Assembly: GCF_036365525.1 (NCBI RefSeq)
Contig: NC_090389.1
Span: 36,082,973-36,146,972, forward strand
Reading direction: 5' to 3'
Length of the DNA stretch: 64,000 nucleotides
Origin: Heterodontus francisci
Taxonomy: Eukaryota
Positions 1-12,427 of the stretch are shown here, piece after piece. Made by a program: the position numbers and the translations under genes. Each line of letters starts with the position of its first letter. The first letter of the stretch is position 1. A model generated the notes under the pieces. That model was not told the DNA's origin. It searched no databases and was given only the letters and a program-made list of their open reading frames with translations.

Positions 1-487
1 ACCCTCCATAAACTTGAGCTCATCCCCAATAGCTGCTGCTATTCCCCAACTTGCACTAAGTCTTGTTCACTCATCACCTCTGTGCTTGCTAACCTACATT
101 GGCTCCCAGACCAGCAACACCTCGATATTAAAATTCTCATCCTCGTTTTCAAATCCTTCCATGTCCTCACCCCTCCCTATCTCTATAACCACATCCAGTC
201 CTACAACCCTCCAAGATCTCTGTCCTCCTCCATATCTGGCTTCTTGCGCAGCCATGCCTGCAGTTGTCTGGGCCCGAAGCACTGGAATTCCTTCCCTAGA
301 CTTCTCTGCTTCTCAACCTTGCTCTCCTCCTCGCAAAAGCACCTTAACGCCTACCTCTCTGACAAAGTTTTTGGTCATGTGTCCTAATATTTCCTTATGT
401 AGCTCAATGCCAAATTTTGTTTCATAATGCTCCTGTGTAAGTTTTACTACATTAAAGGTGCTATATTAATGCAAATTGTTGTTGTTC
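1..487 (+). mobile_element. L2-type LINE 3' fragment
   Basis: Decayed L2 C-terminal peptide (LANLHWLP..DIKILILVFKSFH.LTPPYL) and an L2-like tail (aaaggtgctatattaatgcaaattgttgttgtt). Confidence 0.7.
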
Positions 488-964
488 CTTTCATCTTCTG
501 GTTTTAATTTGCATCTCAAGTTTGGCTAAAAACCTATCTTTATGCAGATGACAGAGACTATATGCCTGATTTGATTGTGCATTTTGATGGGATAATTGAG
601 TGAAGACAAAGAGAAAGACCTGTATGAAATGAGGCTGAGATTCTGCAGAGAGTTGAGAGAAGGAAATTACCTCCACATAAATAAATTCCCTTTTAACACA
701 CTTTAGTGGTTCTGAATGTGCTTATGTAAACTGAGAGGCAAAAATTGCATGCAATGTACCCATGGGCACATATATAAACTGCACATATGAAGAGCACAGA
801 ATTCTGCAAATGTAGAAGTGCTCAGTTACAGGGAATTATAATGTCATTGATGTTCAAAATAGATTTTTTTTGAAAATACTAACAGGTTACAGCAGACCCA
901 AAGTAAAATAGAACTGTAGATGGGAATGATGTATGAAATGTAATGTTGTTGAGGCAATGGAATT

Positions 965-2105
965 AAGTTTGAAAGCAAAATGCAGCAGAAACTGGAAGTC
1001 AGATAAAAACAGAAAATGCTCAAAATACTTGGCTGGTCAGGCATCATCTGTCAAGAGAGCACAAGGCAATGATTTGGATATGGAATCTTTCCTCACGGCA
1101 GGAACATGCAGATGAAAAAACAGAACCAGGCAAAAAGGGAACACACAATGACCACGCATAAAGGAAAAAAAGTGGAAAGATCTGTGACGTGTTTAGTTGG
1201 CGAATAGGAGATGGGTAAACGACGAGTGATTTATACATAAGACAAAAGCAAGCAGAATGAAAGAAATCAAAGACACGTGCAAGACATGAAAAGGAGTTGC
1301 ATTCACCTGTAGGGTTGCACAATATGAATGACAAAAGAGCAGTGGCTCGTTATATGCACTACCTGATTTCAACAGAATGGAAGTCCAGACAGGGTGAATA
1401 ATGGACGAATGATCAGCTACAGGCTGTTTTGTGCTCCCAATGCTATTGAATTTCACCCCGAGAGAATGTGGGACTTCCTAAAGGGAAATAGCCAAGTAAA
1501 ATGGGAAAGAGAGAGGTGTTAAGGATGACAGAAGAGTGAACCATTTTCAGGGAGGACACAGTTCCTTCAGAAAACAGAGAACGGACGGACATGATGATTT
1601 TGGAGGTGGCAAAATTGCAGATGATCTGTTGCAGAGGATGGTGGAGCAATGCCGACCTTATCACAGTTCTGTGGGGAAGGAGAAAGGGTTGGGCAGAAGC
1701 ATGGAGAATGGAACAGACTCAGTTCAACCATGGTGGAGTGCATTTTGGAGGATGGGGTGTGGGTGGTGGTATCATCAGAGCAGGTGCGATGGAGAAAGAG
1801 AAACCTGGGAAAGGGAATGGAATCCTTATGGGAGGTGGGATGAGAAGAAATGTAACCAGGCAGTTGTTGGAGTCAGTGGGCTGAAATAGATGTTGGTGAA
1901 CAGTGTTTCCACAGCGATAAGAGGTAGAAAAGTCCAGAAAGGGGTGAGAAGAGGAAGAGATCACCAATATAAAGGTAAGGGAGGAGTGGAAATTTGAAAT
2001 AAAATTCATGAAATTTTGAGATCAGGGCAAGGGCAGGAAGCATTCACAACCCAAGGGAAGGGCCTACCCTGTCAAGCGCACTGCACCAGACACTATCAAC
2101 ACAAT
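965..2105 (-). mobile_element. Decayed Penelope-like element (terminus plus RT fragments)
   Basis: Terminus aaagcaaaatgc..aaaacagaaaatgct at ~970-1060; 1450-2105 is colinear with the Penelope at 55900-56750 (MNFISNFHSSLTF). Confidence 0.7.
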
Positions 2106-2574
2106 TTGTGTGAGGTGTTTATCAGTTACTGAGACAAGGTAATGAGTTGCTTATTGTTTATATTTCTTGATGAAGTAACTTCAATATTTACCCCTTCACC
2201 TACTTTCAGTGCTTTTAAAAAAAAACTTGTATGAAAACATTTTTCTTTAAGAATCCTTCCCTTTGATGTAACTGTTTTCCAATGTATTCTGTGGAAAATG
2301 CCAGATTCCATGGAGCAACTGGTCCTCTGCCTATATTTTTATAAAACCATACAATTCTATTCTGAAACTAAATAGTACATTTGAAGGGGTAAATTATCAG
2401 TTGTAAAAATAAAAAACATTCAGGTCATCCAGTATAGTCCACATTCTGACTATCAGTCAATTTTTTAATTTCTTTCCTGTTGTCCAAAAAGCTGGTGTAT
2501 AGCCTCTGGTCCTGCTGAGTCAGGAGTCTAACCAATTTGAGTACTTTGATGGAGTCAAAATTACTTAAAATTGT

Positions 2575-2800
2575 ATTTTATAGAAACTATAGCACTGAAA
2601 TAGGCCATTTGATCCAACTGATCTATGCCAATATGAATACTCCACACAAGCCTTCTCCAACTCTAATTATCTCTTCTCTTTCTGCCCCGTATCCATCTAT
2701 ACCCTTTTCCCTCTCCATCAAGCCTCCCCTTAACCGTGACAATTCTATCTGCTTCAACTACTTCATGTGGCAGTGAGTTCAGTGTTCTCACAACTCTCTG
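2575..2800 (-). mobile_element. Old CR1 3' end fragment
   Basis: Resembles other minus-strand CR1 3' ends in this window (tatagcactgaaataggccattt..ccatctatacccttttccctc). Confidence 0.55.
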
Positions 2801-3672
2801 TTGACAGTCAAAACCGTTAAATGTGAAGTAGTAGTTCCCAATGATCTCATAAGTTAATGATTGCAATCAATTCCTTGCTTCTCTTCCAGTTTTCCTGAGT
2901 CCCTTTTCAGTCTTATTTGTTCTTTTCAGTTTGCTTCCATTGAGAATGGATTGAGATTCTGGAGTCTCTTATAGCTTCACCAGAGTCATTTGTGGGACAA
3001 ACTAGAAGTTGCAAGTACTCTTGTGGACTCAAAACGCTTTTTAAATCTGGCCCAATTTTAGCAATCAGAATATGCTGGCATCCTTTCAATAATGTAAAAG
3101 AGTCGCTTGTGCTCACACCTGCTTCCTCTCCTGGTCTTTTGCTTGTTGATCAAGACTTTTCTGGGGACTACTTCAGTAAAATTTAGCCTAAGTGTGGTGT
3201 AGAAGGTTCAATACAAGTATAACTTCTCTGCTATTATTTCTGTTCCTCTAGCGATGAATCCTACTATCTGTTCGCATTTTTATGGCCTTTTTAACCTGCA
3301 TTGCTTCTTTTTACTGACCCGTGAGTCAGTACTTTTAAATTCCTTCGCTCCGCTATCCCATTTAGACTCTTGGGGTGGAATTTTACCGTCACCATAACAA
3401 TGGGCTTGGAGGTGGGAGGCCAGGAAAATGGTGGGGGACCGCGTTGGAGTGGATACCCAATGTCTTCCTGCTGCCGGATACATTTCCCAAGGACAGTCAG
3501 GCAGCATGATCAGGAAAGCATAGGATGGCAGCTGGCAGGTAATTGAGGCTGTCAAACAGTCAGTTGAGAGCGGTTTTGTAGTGCTTTTTAAATTTTCCAT
3601 GGGGAGCGTGGGTGCCACAAAGTGTCCTGCTCAAAGGAGGCAAGAGCTCAATGACAGGTGTTTGTTGGCTGT

Positions 3673-4640
3673 GTCAAAAAAGCACGATATGCCAGATGAG
3701 GGATTATTAATTCATTGGTTAGAAACTTGCGTTAAACTTTTAATGTAAGAAAATCATGCAGTTAACTTTTAAAAAGCTAGTAGCCAAAATAGCTACTGCA
3801 ATTTGCATCTGAAACACCTCACATTCCAAAGACCACCCGGAAAGAGAGGTCTGGGCAGTTTGGACCCATAACAATGGCTTGCTGTAAGTGATTGAATTAC
3901 CTAAGATTGCTTCATTAGCATGGCATTCAAGGCAATCCTAACACCTTGACTTTGAAAGGGCAACCCCCCGCAAGTGTAAATATTGGCATCCTGGGGACTG
4001 GTGAGCCAATTCCGAACCTTGAATATCATTAGAAGGTTCCAGTGAATACCCTGAGGCTATCATGTGACTGACTGTCCAGCTCTGTGAAAGCCAAAAGGTT
4101 TTCTCGACAAAGACAGACAGGTAGTAACTCAGCTTGTGCAGCAGCAGGAGGGCTGTGGGCCTTTCTCGCTCTTGCTCTCGCTCTCTCTCCAGGTAACAGA
4201 CAGAGACCAGCCTACACGCCTGCCTTCAGGAAAGCTTTGATCCAAGCAGGCCAGCCACAAAGTGCACTTTGATCAGCCAAGGACTCCCAAGAATACAACT
4301 TCAGCCAGAAGTTCACCGAAACATCCATCTTCACAGACTGTGTATTTAATTTTCATTTATTCTGGACTCTAATCCAACCACAAAGTTTACTTTTCCCTCT
4401 GTAATCTATTTGTGTGTGTGTGTGGGTGTGTGTGTGTGGGGGGGTGTGTGGGGGTGTGTGTGTGGGTAGTGTAAATTTATTTTTTTAGATCGGTTTCAGA
4501 TTGTTAAGTATAATCAGCTCACGTTTAAACTCAAGAAAACCTGTCCGATTGGTTCTTTCATGATCACATTAAAGGTAAAAGGTCAAACACTCACTGAGGT
4601 GGTAAGCATAACCACTGTTTAAAAAAAAGAATACAAATAG
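3673..4640 (+). mobile_element. LTR-like element, truncated
   Basis: Shares layout and motifs with the solo LTR at 6694-7589 (TG-rich tract followed by aagaaa(a)cctg..ttgg); ends not confirmed. Confidence 0.35.
4411..4467. repeat. Interrupted (GT)n microsatellite
   Basis: tgtgtgtgtgtgtgggtgtgtgtgtgtgggggggtgtgtg... Confidence 0.9.
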
Positions 4641-4674
4641 TCCTTTAGTTGTATAGAACTTGAGAATTGACGAA

Positions 4675-4950
4675 AATAGAGAAATGTTGTTGGAGCTTTT
4701 CATCTTGCACTCATCAGGACAATGTGCAAGAATTACCAATGTATGGGAAAACAACAACTTATACTGCATGAGAAAAGAGTGCTGATTGGTTGGCAGGTGA
4801 ACTCTGATTGGTAGAGGCGTTGCCATGGAGAATGCACCAATTTACGGTGACTGACTGTTAACTGCCAATTTTTGTTTGAAATTTAAACCAGGTAGCTTGA
4901 CCCTGATTGGTTAAGGCATTGCCCTGAGGAATGAACCAGTGAATAGCTAT
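4675..4950 (-). mobile_element. Probable second-family Penelope terminus carrying a degenerate hammerhead
   Basis: The minus strand of 4687-4722 reads ttgtc-CTGATGA-gtgcaagat-GAAA-agctcc-aacaa. The Penelope assignment is inferred from the motif. Confidence 0.5.
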
Positions 4951-5659
4951 CATTCGATAGCACTGGTGACGACCCCTTCCATCACTTTGCTGATGATCGA
5001 TAGTAGACTGATAAATGAGGCTTGGAAAGCAAACTCATCAAGAAAACTGCATGCTCTAAAAGGCATGGTGCTCAAAATATATTCTGGTAAACTTAAAGCA
5101 CATGTCTTTGATCTGTATGCTTAGAATAATAATTGGTAAAAGTGGTAATTAATATTTAAACAGTTTCTGAACTGATTTTCCGTGCAAGACTCCTCTGCAA
5201 CCCACCAACCCCTCCACAAATTCCTCCTCATCCCAAAATATCCTCAGTTCCATACCTTATTGGACCTGTCAGGATATGTTTTTGAGAGTTTCTAAAAGGA
5301 TTGCTGATTCCTTTCCATATTTTCACTATAGCAGTTATGGTTTTGCAAAATTTACGATCAGACTGGAGTGGGAATTTTTAACCCTCCCTGTCCGACAGGC
5401 AGACACTTAAAAACTTTTCATCCTTACCACCGGGACTGCGATTCTCCAGCTACCTGAATTTCCACCCCTGTCTACTGATCAGCTGCTACCTTCAGCCTGT
5501 TTTGGGAGGGCAGATAACTGGTGACGGCAAATATGACCTTGCAGTTAAAATATCCAAGACCTCAAAATTGGTCCTTTGAGTGCCTTTTGCATTACCAAGG
5601 TTTTTTTTCTGCCCTGTTAATCATTATGTTGTTTACATGTGAGGTGGCACATTTCCTTA

Positions 5660-5990
5660 GACAGTACCTTCCGCCTTTGCACCTTCCAAACCCACGACCT
5701 CTGCCACCTAGAAGGACAAGGACAGCAGATACATGGGAACACCACCACCTGCAAGTTCCCCTCCAAGCCACACACCATCCTGACTTGGAACTATATCGCC
5801 GTTCCTTCACTGTCGCTGGGTCAAAATCCTGGAACTCATTTCCTAACAGCACTGTAGGTGTACCTACCCCACATGGACTGCAATGGTTCAAGAAGGCAGC
5901 TCACCACCACCTTCTGAAGGGCAGTTAGGGATGGGCAATAAATGCTGGCCTAGCCAGCAATGCCCACATCCCAGGAACCAATAAAAAAAA
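5660..5990 (+). mobile_element. 3' end of a CR1/L2-group LINE family (called family T here)
   Basis: Tail gcagctcaccaccaccttct..gggatgggcaataaatgctggcctagccagc..cccacatccc plus poly-A. The same tail occurs near 12650, 17000, 17780 and 38670. Confidence 0.8.
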
Positions 5991-6693
5991 ATGTCAGTTA
6001 TTAATTCTGTGTCTCTTGATCTTCAATGGCAGGATTGACTGATCATGTATAAAAAGCTGCTTGCTTTTCTCAGCAAGTATTGATCTTCTGCAGGACAGTT
6101 GCTTATGTGAAGTTTTGTTAGGGCTCTGTGAGTTGTTCCTTTTCTGCCTCTCATTTGTCCAACAGGACTAGGTAGTGACTATCTTGATTTATAAAAGCCT
6201 ACTGTTAGAGATTGCAATTCTCAGTATAGATAAGTAGTGTCATTTACACTCATCAAAGTAAGCTGACAAATCCCATTAATGTTTGTCAGAATGTATTACT
6301 TCAAATGCCAAATCTGGACCTTTTGTTTCCGATCTGTTCCTTATTCTGTCTCCTTGCTTATGTCCCATCACTACTGTAAAGGAAGATTTCAAATGTGTCC
6401 TTAATTACAGAGTTGACAGCATCCTTCCAGTTCAACTCTTCCTTCTCGTATGATCCTAGCCCTTCACAGCATCATAATTGGGAAGATTTATCATTGGTGG
6501 ATATATGATGCAAATGCAACCTGTCATTCTCAGATTACATTTTCTGTTTCAAACCGCGCATATCTTACACTAGGATAAATGAGTTATTTGTCGAAGAAAC
6601 TGTTGATATATTCTGTCTAATCTTGCAGGTTTGGATCAACTGCATTTGCTTTGCTTGGTCTTCCAAGGTACCACAATTTCTCTTTATTACCTT

Positions 6694-7589
6694 TGTTATG
6701 AAAGTACTTCCATTTTTTAATATTTTTGTGGGGACTCGTGTTTGAAAATTGTGAAAACGGATTCCTTTGGAGGACTGAAGTGATTCCATAGACGCTTGAC
6801 TTTTTTTTTTAAAGATCACTGGAAGGACTTTTGGACTTTGTTTAAAAACACTTACTGGAAGTCACATGTCTTCAGCTACGTAAATAGCAGGTGCCTTCTG
6901 ACTATGGGAGTTGTTTATAGAGAAGTGACATGCTGAGATTTTAGGTGGTCACGAGTTGGTTTTGGTTTGGATATGGTTTTGAAGCAGTTGGCTTTGCAGC
7001 TTACTGAGAGAAGCACCCAGCTCATCCTTTCTCCACCTCTCTGAGAAAGCCCTGCAAAATCCAGTGTGTGATAGCTGAAACCCCTGATGCCGCATTTCTC
7101 CTGCAAAGCCTGCCAGACTACTCCTTGACGTCACCTGAAGAGAACTGCTCCAAAAAGATCCCAGCGACACGTATTTGGGATGCCAGAAAAGGGACAACTG
7201 ATATCATTCCACAAATATCATTTTTCTTCAAGAATTAACAAGGATTTGGCCAAAGTAATTTTTTTGTAAAGTGATCTTTGCAGAGAAAACCTCTTATTTT
7301 TTTCTTTAACTGGTGTGTGTGTGAGAGAGAATGTTGGGCTAAGTTGGAAGGGAATTTTTATATTTCAATCTGTGTATTAATGCTTTGCATTTTTACTGAA
7401 TGCATCTTGTTTTATAATAAATTGATAATTTTGTTGTTTATTAAAGAAACCTGGTTGGTGAATTTTATTCTAAAATAAAAATAGAGTAAATAATTGGCCG
7501 TATCAGTAACTGGGTAAACATTTAAATATATGTTGTGGCCTGTGGAGAAGTGGAACTAGAGAAAGTGCACTCCTCCCTCAGTCATAACA
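6694..7589 (+). mobile_element. Solo LTR (Gypsy/ERV-like), 896 bp
   Basis: Termini TGTTATGA...TCATAACA (8-bp inverted, TG..CA), flanked by a 4-bp TSD CCTT (6690-6693, 7590-7593). Orientation is tentative. Confidence 0.8.
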
Positions 7590-8379
7590 CCTTTCTCTCA
7601 CTAATTCAAGATGCCTTAGTTGGTTTTATGGAACACAGCGGTACTTATCTGTCCTGTTGTGGGAAATGTTATTTGGCAACATTGGCCCTGAAATTTCTGG
7701 GGCTCCGCTCTGCTGGTACCCCAGCCTCAGTCCGAAATCCCAGGAACAAGTTCATTTATATGACTAGGATGGGCACATCATGCCTGCAAGTCTGCATCAG
7801 TAGCACACATCCTGAACTGCCAGCCAGAATGTTGAAGTGGTGCCCCACTATCAACTGGCAGGATCTCCACTGGGGCCTACAAAAATGTAATGGATGGAAT
7901 ATGGCCCTGGATTTGGTTCCTTTTTCTAAAGTTTTTCATCACATCACTAATTCTGTCTCAGTTCCTGGCAGTTGCCAAAATACACCCATCTCTTTTTTTT
8001 TAAAGGCAAAGATCCCCACACGTGTCTTCTACAGGCTCACATGTTTCTTTACTTGTGATTCAGTTTTATCTAAAATTCTAATTGCTCAGCTGAATAGATT
8101 TGTTCCCATATTGGCCCACCTTAGTCAGATAGACTTTATTTGTCAAAATCATTTGTATGAAAATGTCCAGTGATTTTTGAATGCTGATTTTTGTACTTGA
8201 TCATTTCCCTTGGTTCTGAGAATGCTTTTGACTGAATATAGTGATCTTTCTTATGATTGATAACGCATAATATAGGGTATTGAGAAACATTTATTCGGTT
8301 GATCTCTTGATGTATACTCAATCCTGTCATCTGTTTGACACCAATGGGATTGTGCTACTCTCTCTTGAGGCTACTCAAG

Positions 8380-9100
8380 AGGGTACAAAAACATCCTCCA
8401 CAACACCCAGGTCCACTCTTGGATCACCCCCAATACCCTTCCCCTTCCCACAGCACTTTCCCATGCGTGCGCAGGAGATGCAACACCTCCCCTTTCATGT
8501 CCTTCCTTCCCACAAACAGCAATTTACTTGTACTTCTTTCAACTTGGTATATTGAGTGTATTTCAGTCTTGTCTACATTGGATAAACCAAATACAGATTG
8601 GGTGATTGCTTTGCTGAACACCTCCATTTAGTCCACAAGCATGACCCTGACCTTCTGGTCAATGGCCATGTTAATTTTCCATCCCACACCCGCTCTGACT
8701 TCCCTGTCCTCCGACTCCGACCCCGTTCCAATGACGCTCAACACAAGCTCAAGGAACAGCTTTCAATCAGGCACTTTACAACTTTCTGCCCTCAATATTA
8801 AGTTCAACAACTTCAGATCATAACCAATGTTTTCTTGGACAGCAGGTCCAGTTTGTCATTTAATCACTCCTGCTCTCCACCCCATCACAGATCTTCTCTT
8901 TTGTTCTTTCCTTCCCCGCCCCCATTCCTTTTTCCCTGGCTCTGTACTTATCAATGTTAAATCTTCCAGTTCTGATGGAAAGTCATTGACCTGAAACGTT
9001 ACTTTTGCTTCACAGATGCTACCTACCCAGCTGAATATTTCCAGAATTTTCTGGTTTTATTTTTAATTTCCGGAATCTGCAGCATTTTGCTTTTGTTTTA
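8380..9100 (+). mobile_element. Penelope-like 3' fragment (GIY-YIG remnant plus terminus with mutated hammerhead)
   Basis: Peptides QFTCTSFNLVY and GDCFAEHLHLVHKHDPDL; hammerhead-like sequence at 8968-9003. Confidence 0.85.
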
Positions 9101-9337
9101 CTCAACCGATGTGTCCACTGTCCCCTATTATCAATTATTGATCCCTTAGTTGTGAGCAATATTCCCTCTAAGCTGTGTGGTGCTTGGCTGCACAATAATT
9201 CACTTCACAAGTTCCCATGCAGGCTGCGTACAAACCATCTGCTTTCAGATATCACATGTGTGCGGCCACGCAAAACAATTTAAGGGACCCATGTGCTTAA
9301 ATGAATCAGCTGCACACCACAAAAAAAACGTAGAGGT

Positions 9338-9492
9338 NNNNNNNNNNNNNNNNNNNNNNNNNNNNNNNNNNNNNNNNNNNNNNNNNNNNNNNNNNNNNNN
9401 NNNNNNNNNNNNNNNNNNNNNNNNNNNNNNNNNNNNNNNNNNNNNNNNNNNNNNNNNNNNNNNNNNNNNNNNNNNNNNNNNNNNNNNNNNNN
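9338..9492. other. Assembly gap (155 N)
   Basis: Run of N. Confidence 1.
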
Positions 9493-9493
9493 A

Positions 9494-10838
9494 GTGCGAG
9501 GATGCAATCTAGGGGACAAGGGATATCCCTTGAAGACGTGGCTGCTCACCCCTCAATGGGAGCCCCAGACACAGGCACAGAGGCGATCCAACCAATTAAA
9601 AGCAAAATTATGCAGATGCTGGAAATCTGAAAGACAGAAAGTGGTGGAAATGCTCAGCAGGTCCGGCAGCATCCACGGACAGAGAAACAGAGCCAACGCT
9701 TCAGGTCTGTGACCTTTCATCAGAACGGGTGATACAACCAATGCCACCTGCTCATTAGGACAACCATTGAGTGGACCATCGGGATTCTGAAGATGTGCTT
9801 CCGGTGCCAGGACTGGTTGGACGGTGCTCTCCAAAACCTTCCTGCAAGTGGCAGAGTCATTTGGTAGTCTCCATAACATGGGGCTCTTCAGAGAGTTGTG
9901 GACCTTGAGGACAGTGAGACCCTGGAAGGAGACAGCTCATTGGAGGAAGGGTGAGAGAGGAGGAGGAAGTGGAGGTGGAGAGAGATGATGTTGAACAGAG
10001 AGGTGCCCCTGCTGCACAATTAGGTAGAATGGCATGGCTTAGGGGGTGGGGGTGGTGGGGTGAAGGGCTTGGGAGGATACCATGAATGTGAGCCCACCTG
10101 ACCAGGTTAAGGGCCGTGGCATGGAAAGTAGTCTGAGATACCTATGCTAAGACAGGCATGAAAAATGCAGTCTGGAACATCTAATCACTTACTGCCAATG
10201 AAAAAAGCACATCTGCCCAGAGGCTTTGCCCTCACTGTGGAAGATCCCATGATCTCTTTCACCACCTCATGCCACATTTCCTGTCACGGCAGCAATTAAA
10301 GGAGTTCCAGATGTGTGTCTTAAAGTGTCGTCATTTACAAGTGAAGGAAAACTGTAGATAGAAGACATCCCAGTAACACACTTAGTACTCCACGCGATGT
10401 GATGACCTCCTCCTGCCACCTTCCAGGAAGAGGATCTCCCTCCTTTCCCTCATGACCTTCAGCATTAAATGCAAGTCGGCATCGATGAAGCGAGCAGCAT
10501 CCCTGTCCCAGGTGTCAGGCCTTCAGTTCTCTTTTGACATCTCACTTCCCTGTGGTGTTGTGGAAGGCTTTGATACAATCAACAAATTTCTCCCTAAGAC
10601 AACCAGCAGGCTCAGTGATGGCTGCCTTGGAGAATCTAAATCAGTTCCACACTTCATCTGACCAGCCTCCGTTCCCACCTCCACTGGCTGTAATTGGATA
10701 GGAAACCTGTCTCCATATCAATTAAAGGATCAGTCCCATGAAAATCTTAATTTTAATCAGTTTCCCACTGGGGTGGGTTTTTGACCCGCAAGCAAACCCG
10801 GCTCATGTTTCCTGCCTCCATGACAAAAATTCAGCCCC
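9494..10838 (+). mobile_element. PIF/Harbinger transposon remnant (HARBI1-like DDE nuclease C-terminus, decayed)
   Basis: LGDKGYPLKTWLLTP..PQTQAQRR, then after an insertion YNQCHLLIRTTIEWTIGILKMCFRC, an acidic tail, and a TIR-like end aaaattcagcccc near 10838. Confidence 0.75.
9597..9727 (-). mobile_element. 131-bp Penelope terminus inserted in the Harbinger transposase
   Basis: Flanked by ggcgatccaaccaat (9582-9596) and ggtgatacaaccaat (9728-9742); contains a hammerhead with GAAA changed to GAAG. Confidence 0.85.
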
Positions 10839-11934
10839 ATGTGTCTCATGAAGTACTTTAAACTGGAAAGATTCTTGACATTGTTCTGGGCAAATTACCT
10901 GAACAAGGCATTGCACAGATGTCACATTACAAGACCATGAACCTCATGGACTTTCAATATTGCCTATATTGCATAGTCCCAAATCAACCAAGCAAAAAGC
11001 AATCAACATTTTGAGCTGACAGTAATCCCGAGACAATCAGATAGGGACAGTCTTCAGGGTACTCATTTGGTATCCTCAGCATTACTATTAGGAGAGCTGT
11101 TGAGTGGATTCCAGCAGCAGATAAAATCCTTATATTTTTTTTTAACCATCTTTCAGTTCCACTATTTCCACACAGAAGTTACATTCTGAAAACAAATCTA
11201 ATCGGGCTGTTGTTTCCTGTTATGAGCAATTTACTTGTATGTACAGTGTTTCGAATCCCATGGCCATAGTTGAAAGGGCGTCATGAGTGTAATTTCATTC
11301 CAAAGCATATTTTTGCTTGAACAATCTTCATTCTACTTAAGAGAAGTTGGCTTTTTTGTTGTATTAGAAATGTTTTTCACATAAAATAAAAATTGATTTA
11401 ATGCAGGCAAGCAATAATTCTTTGATGTATCCAGTGGTCTCAGTCCACCCAGAGTTGTGCATTGTATGACAGAAACAGACTGTTACAAAATTATTTCTAC
11501 CCAGAATCTTTCATCACCTGCTTTTAACTATGTTTGACTATTTAACTTCTGCAGTGCTACCGCTGAATTGTTATTTGCTTTCATTGAGAAGTATGCAGAA
11601 AATTTATGACTGAATTTGATGGGTAATTATGAATATTGTACTGAAGGGTCAGTATATATATTTTCACAATTCAGCAAGTGTTTGCTTCCTTTTTTTGAAA
11701 AGTTGAATTAGATCAAAATGTATATATCAGAAACTCAGTTTGTTTATGAAAGCCAACATCCAAATACTAATAATATTTTAACTAAAGTATATATTTCTAG
11801 CCTCTGTTTTTCTCATTGTTAACCCAAGTTCCTTGAAAATAACAAAATAAAGAATTAGGAAGAGTAAAAAGGTAATGGCAAATTACATTGCTTATAACTT
11901 ATAAGAGTTAATGCAGTTCTTTTAACAACTTGAG

Positions 11935-12200
11935 CATATCACAATGTTTTGAAATGTAGACACAGTGTATTGTAGACAAATATGATAGCAAGGTCCCACA
12001 AACAGCAATAATATGAACAAGTAACCTGTTCTGGCAGTGTTGTTTGAGAGATAAAAATTAGCCCATACTCCCTGCTCTAATTCAAGAAAGTCAGTCTGGA
12101 CCTTTTATGTCCAACTAAACAGACAGATAAGGCCTTGTTTTAATGACTTATCAAAAATAAAGTACCATTAGTCTAAATTATGTGTTCAAGTTCTAGAGTA
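11935..12200 (-). mobile_element. Decayed Deu-domain SINE
   Basis: agcaaggtcccacaaacagcaa core shared with the copies at 39378 and 54398. Confidence 0.55.
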
Positions 12201-12261
12201 GAGTTTAAACCTAACTCAGGTGCATCTGTATTCAAGCCCAACAATGTGTATTGCAATAGTA

Positions 12262-12396
12262 CAAAAGCAAAATGCTGCAGATGCTGGAAATCTGAAATAG
12301 AAACAGAAAATGATGGAAAGCTCAGCAGATCAAGCAGCATCTGTGGAGAAAGAAACAAAGTTAACATTTCAGGTCGATAACCTTTCATCGATAACT
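12262..12396 (-). mobile_element. Penelope terminus with degenerate hammerhead
   Basis: aaagcaaaatgctgcagatgctggaaatctgaaa..gttaacatttcaggtcgataacctttcatcg. Confidence 0.8.
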
Positions 12397-12427
12397 GCAT
12401 CTGCATTTCAGTCGTATTCTTTACTTA

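Noticed and set aside
7535-8173. 212-aa ORF as a host gene
   Set aside because: Starts inside the solo LTR at a GTG, crosses repeat remnants and has no recognisable domain.
9494-9880. Domesticated HARBI1 gene
   Set aside because: Interrupted by an insertion and decayed; a transposon fossil.
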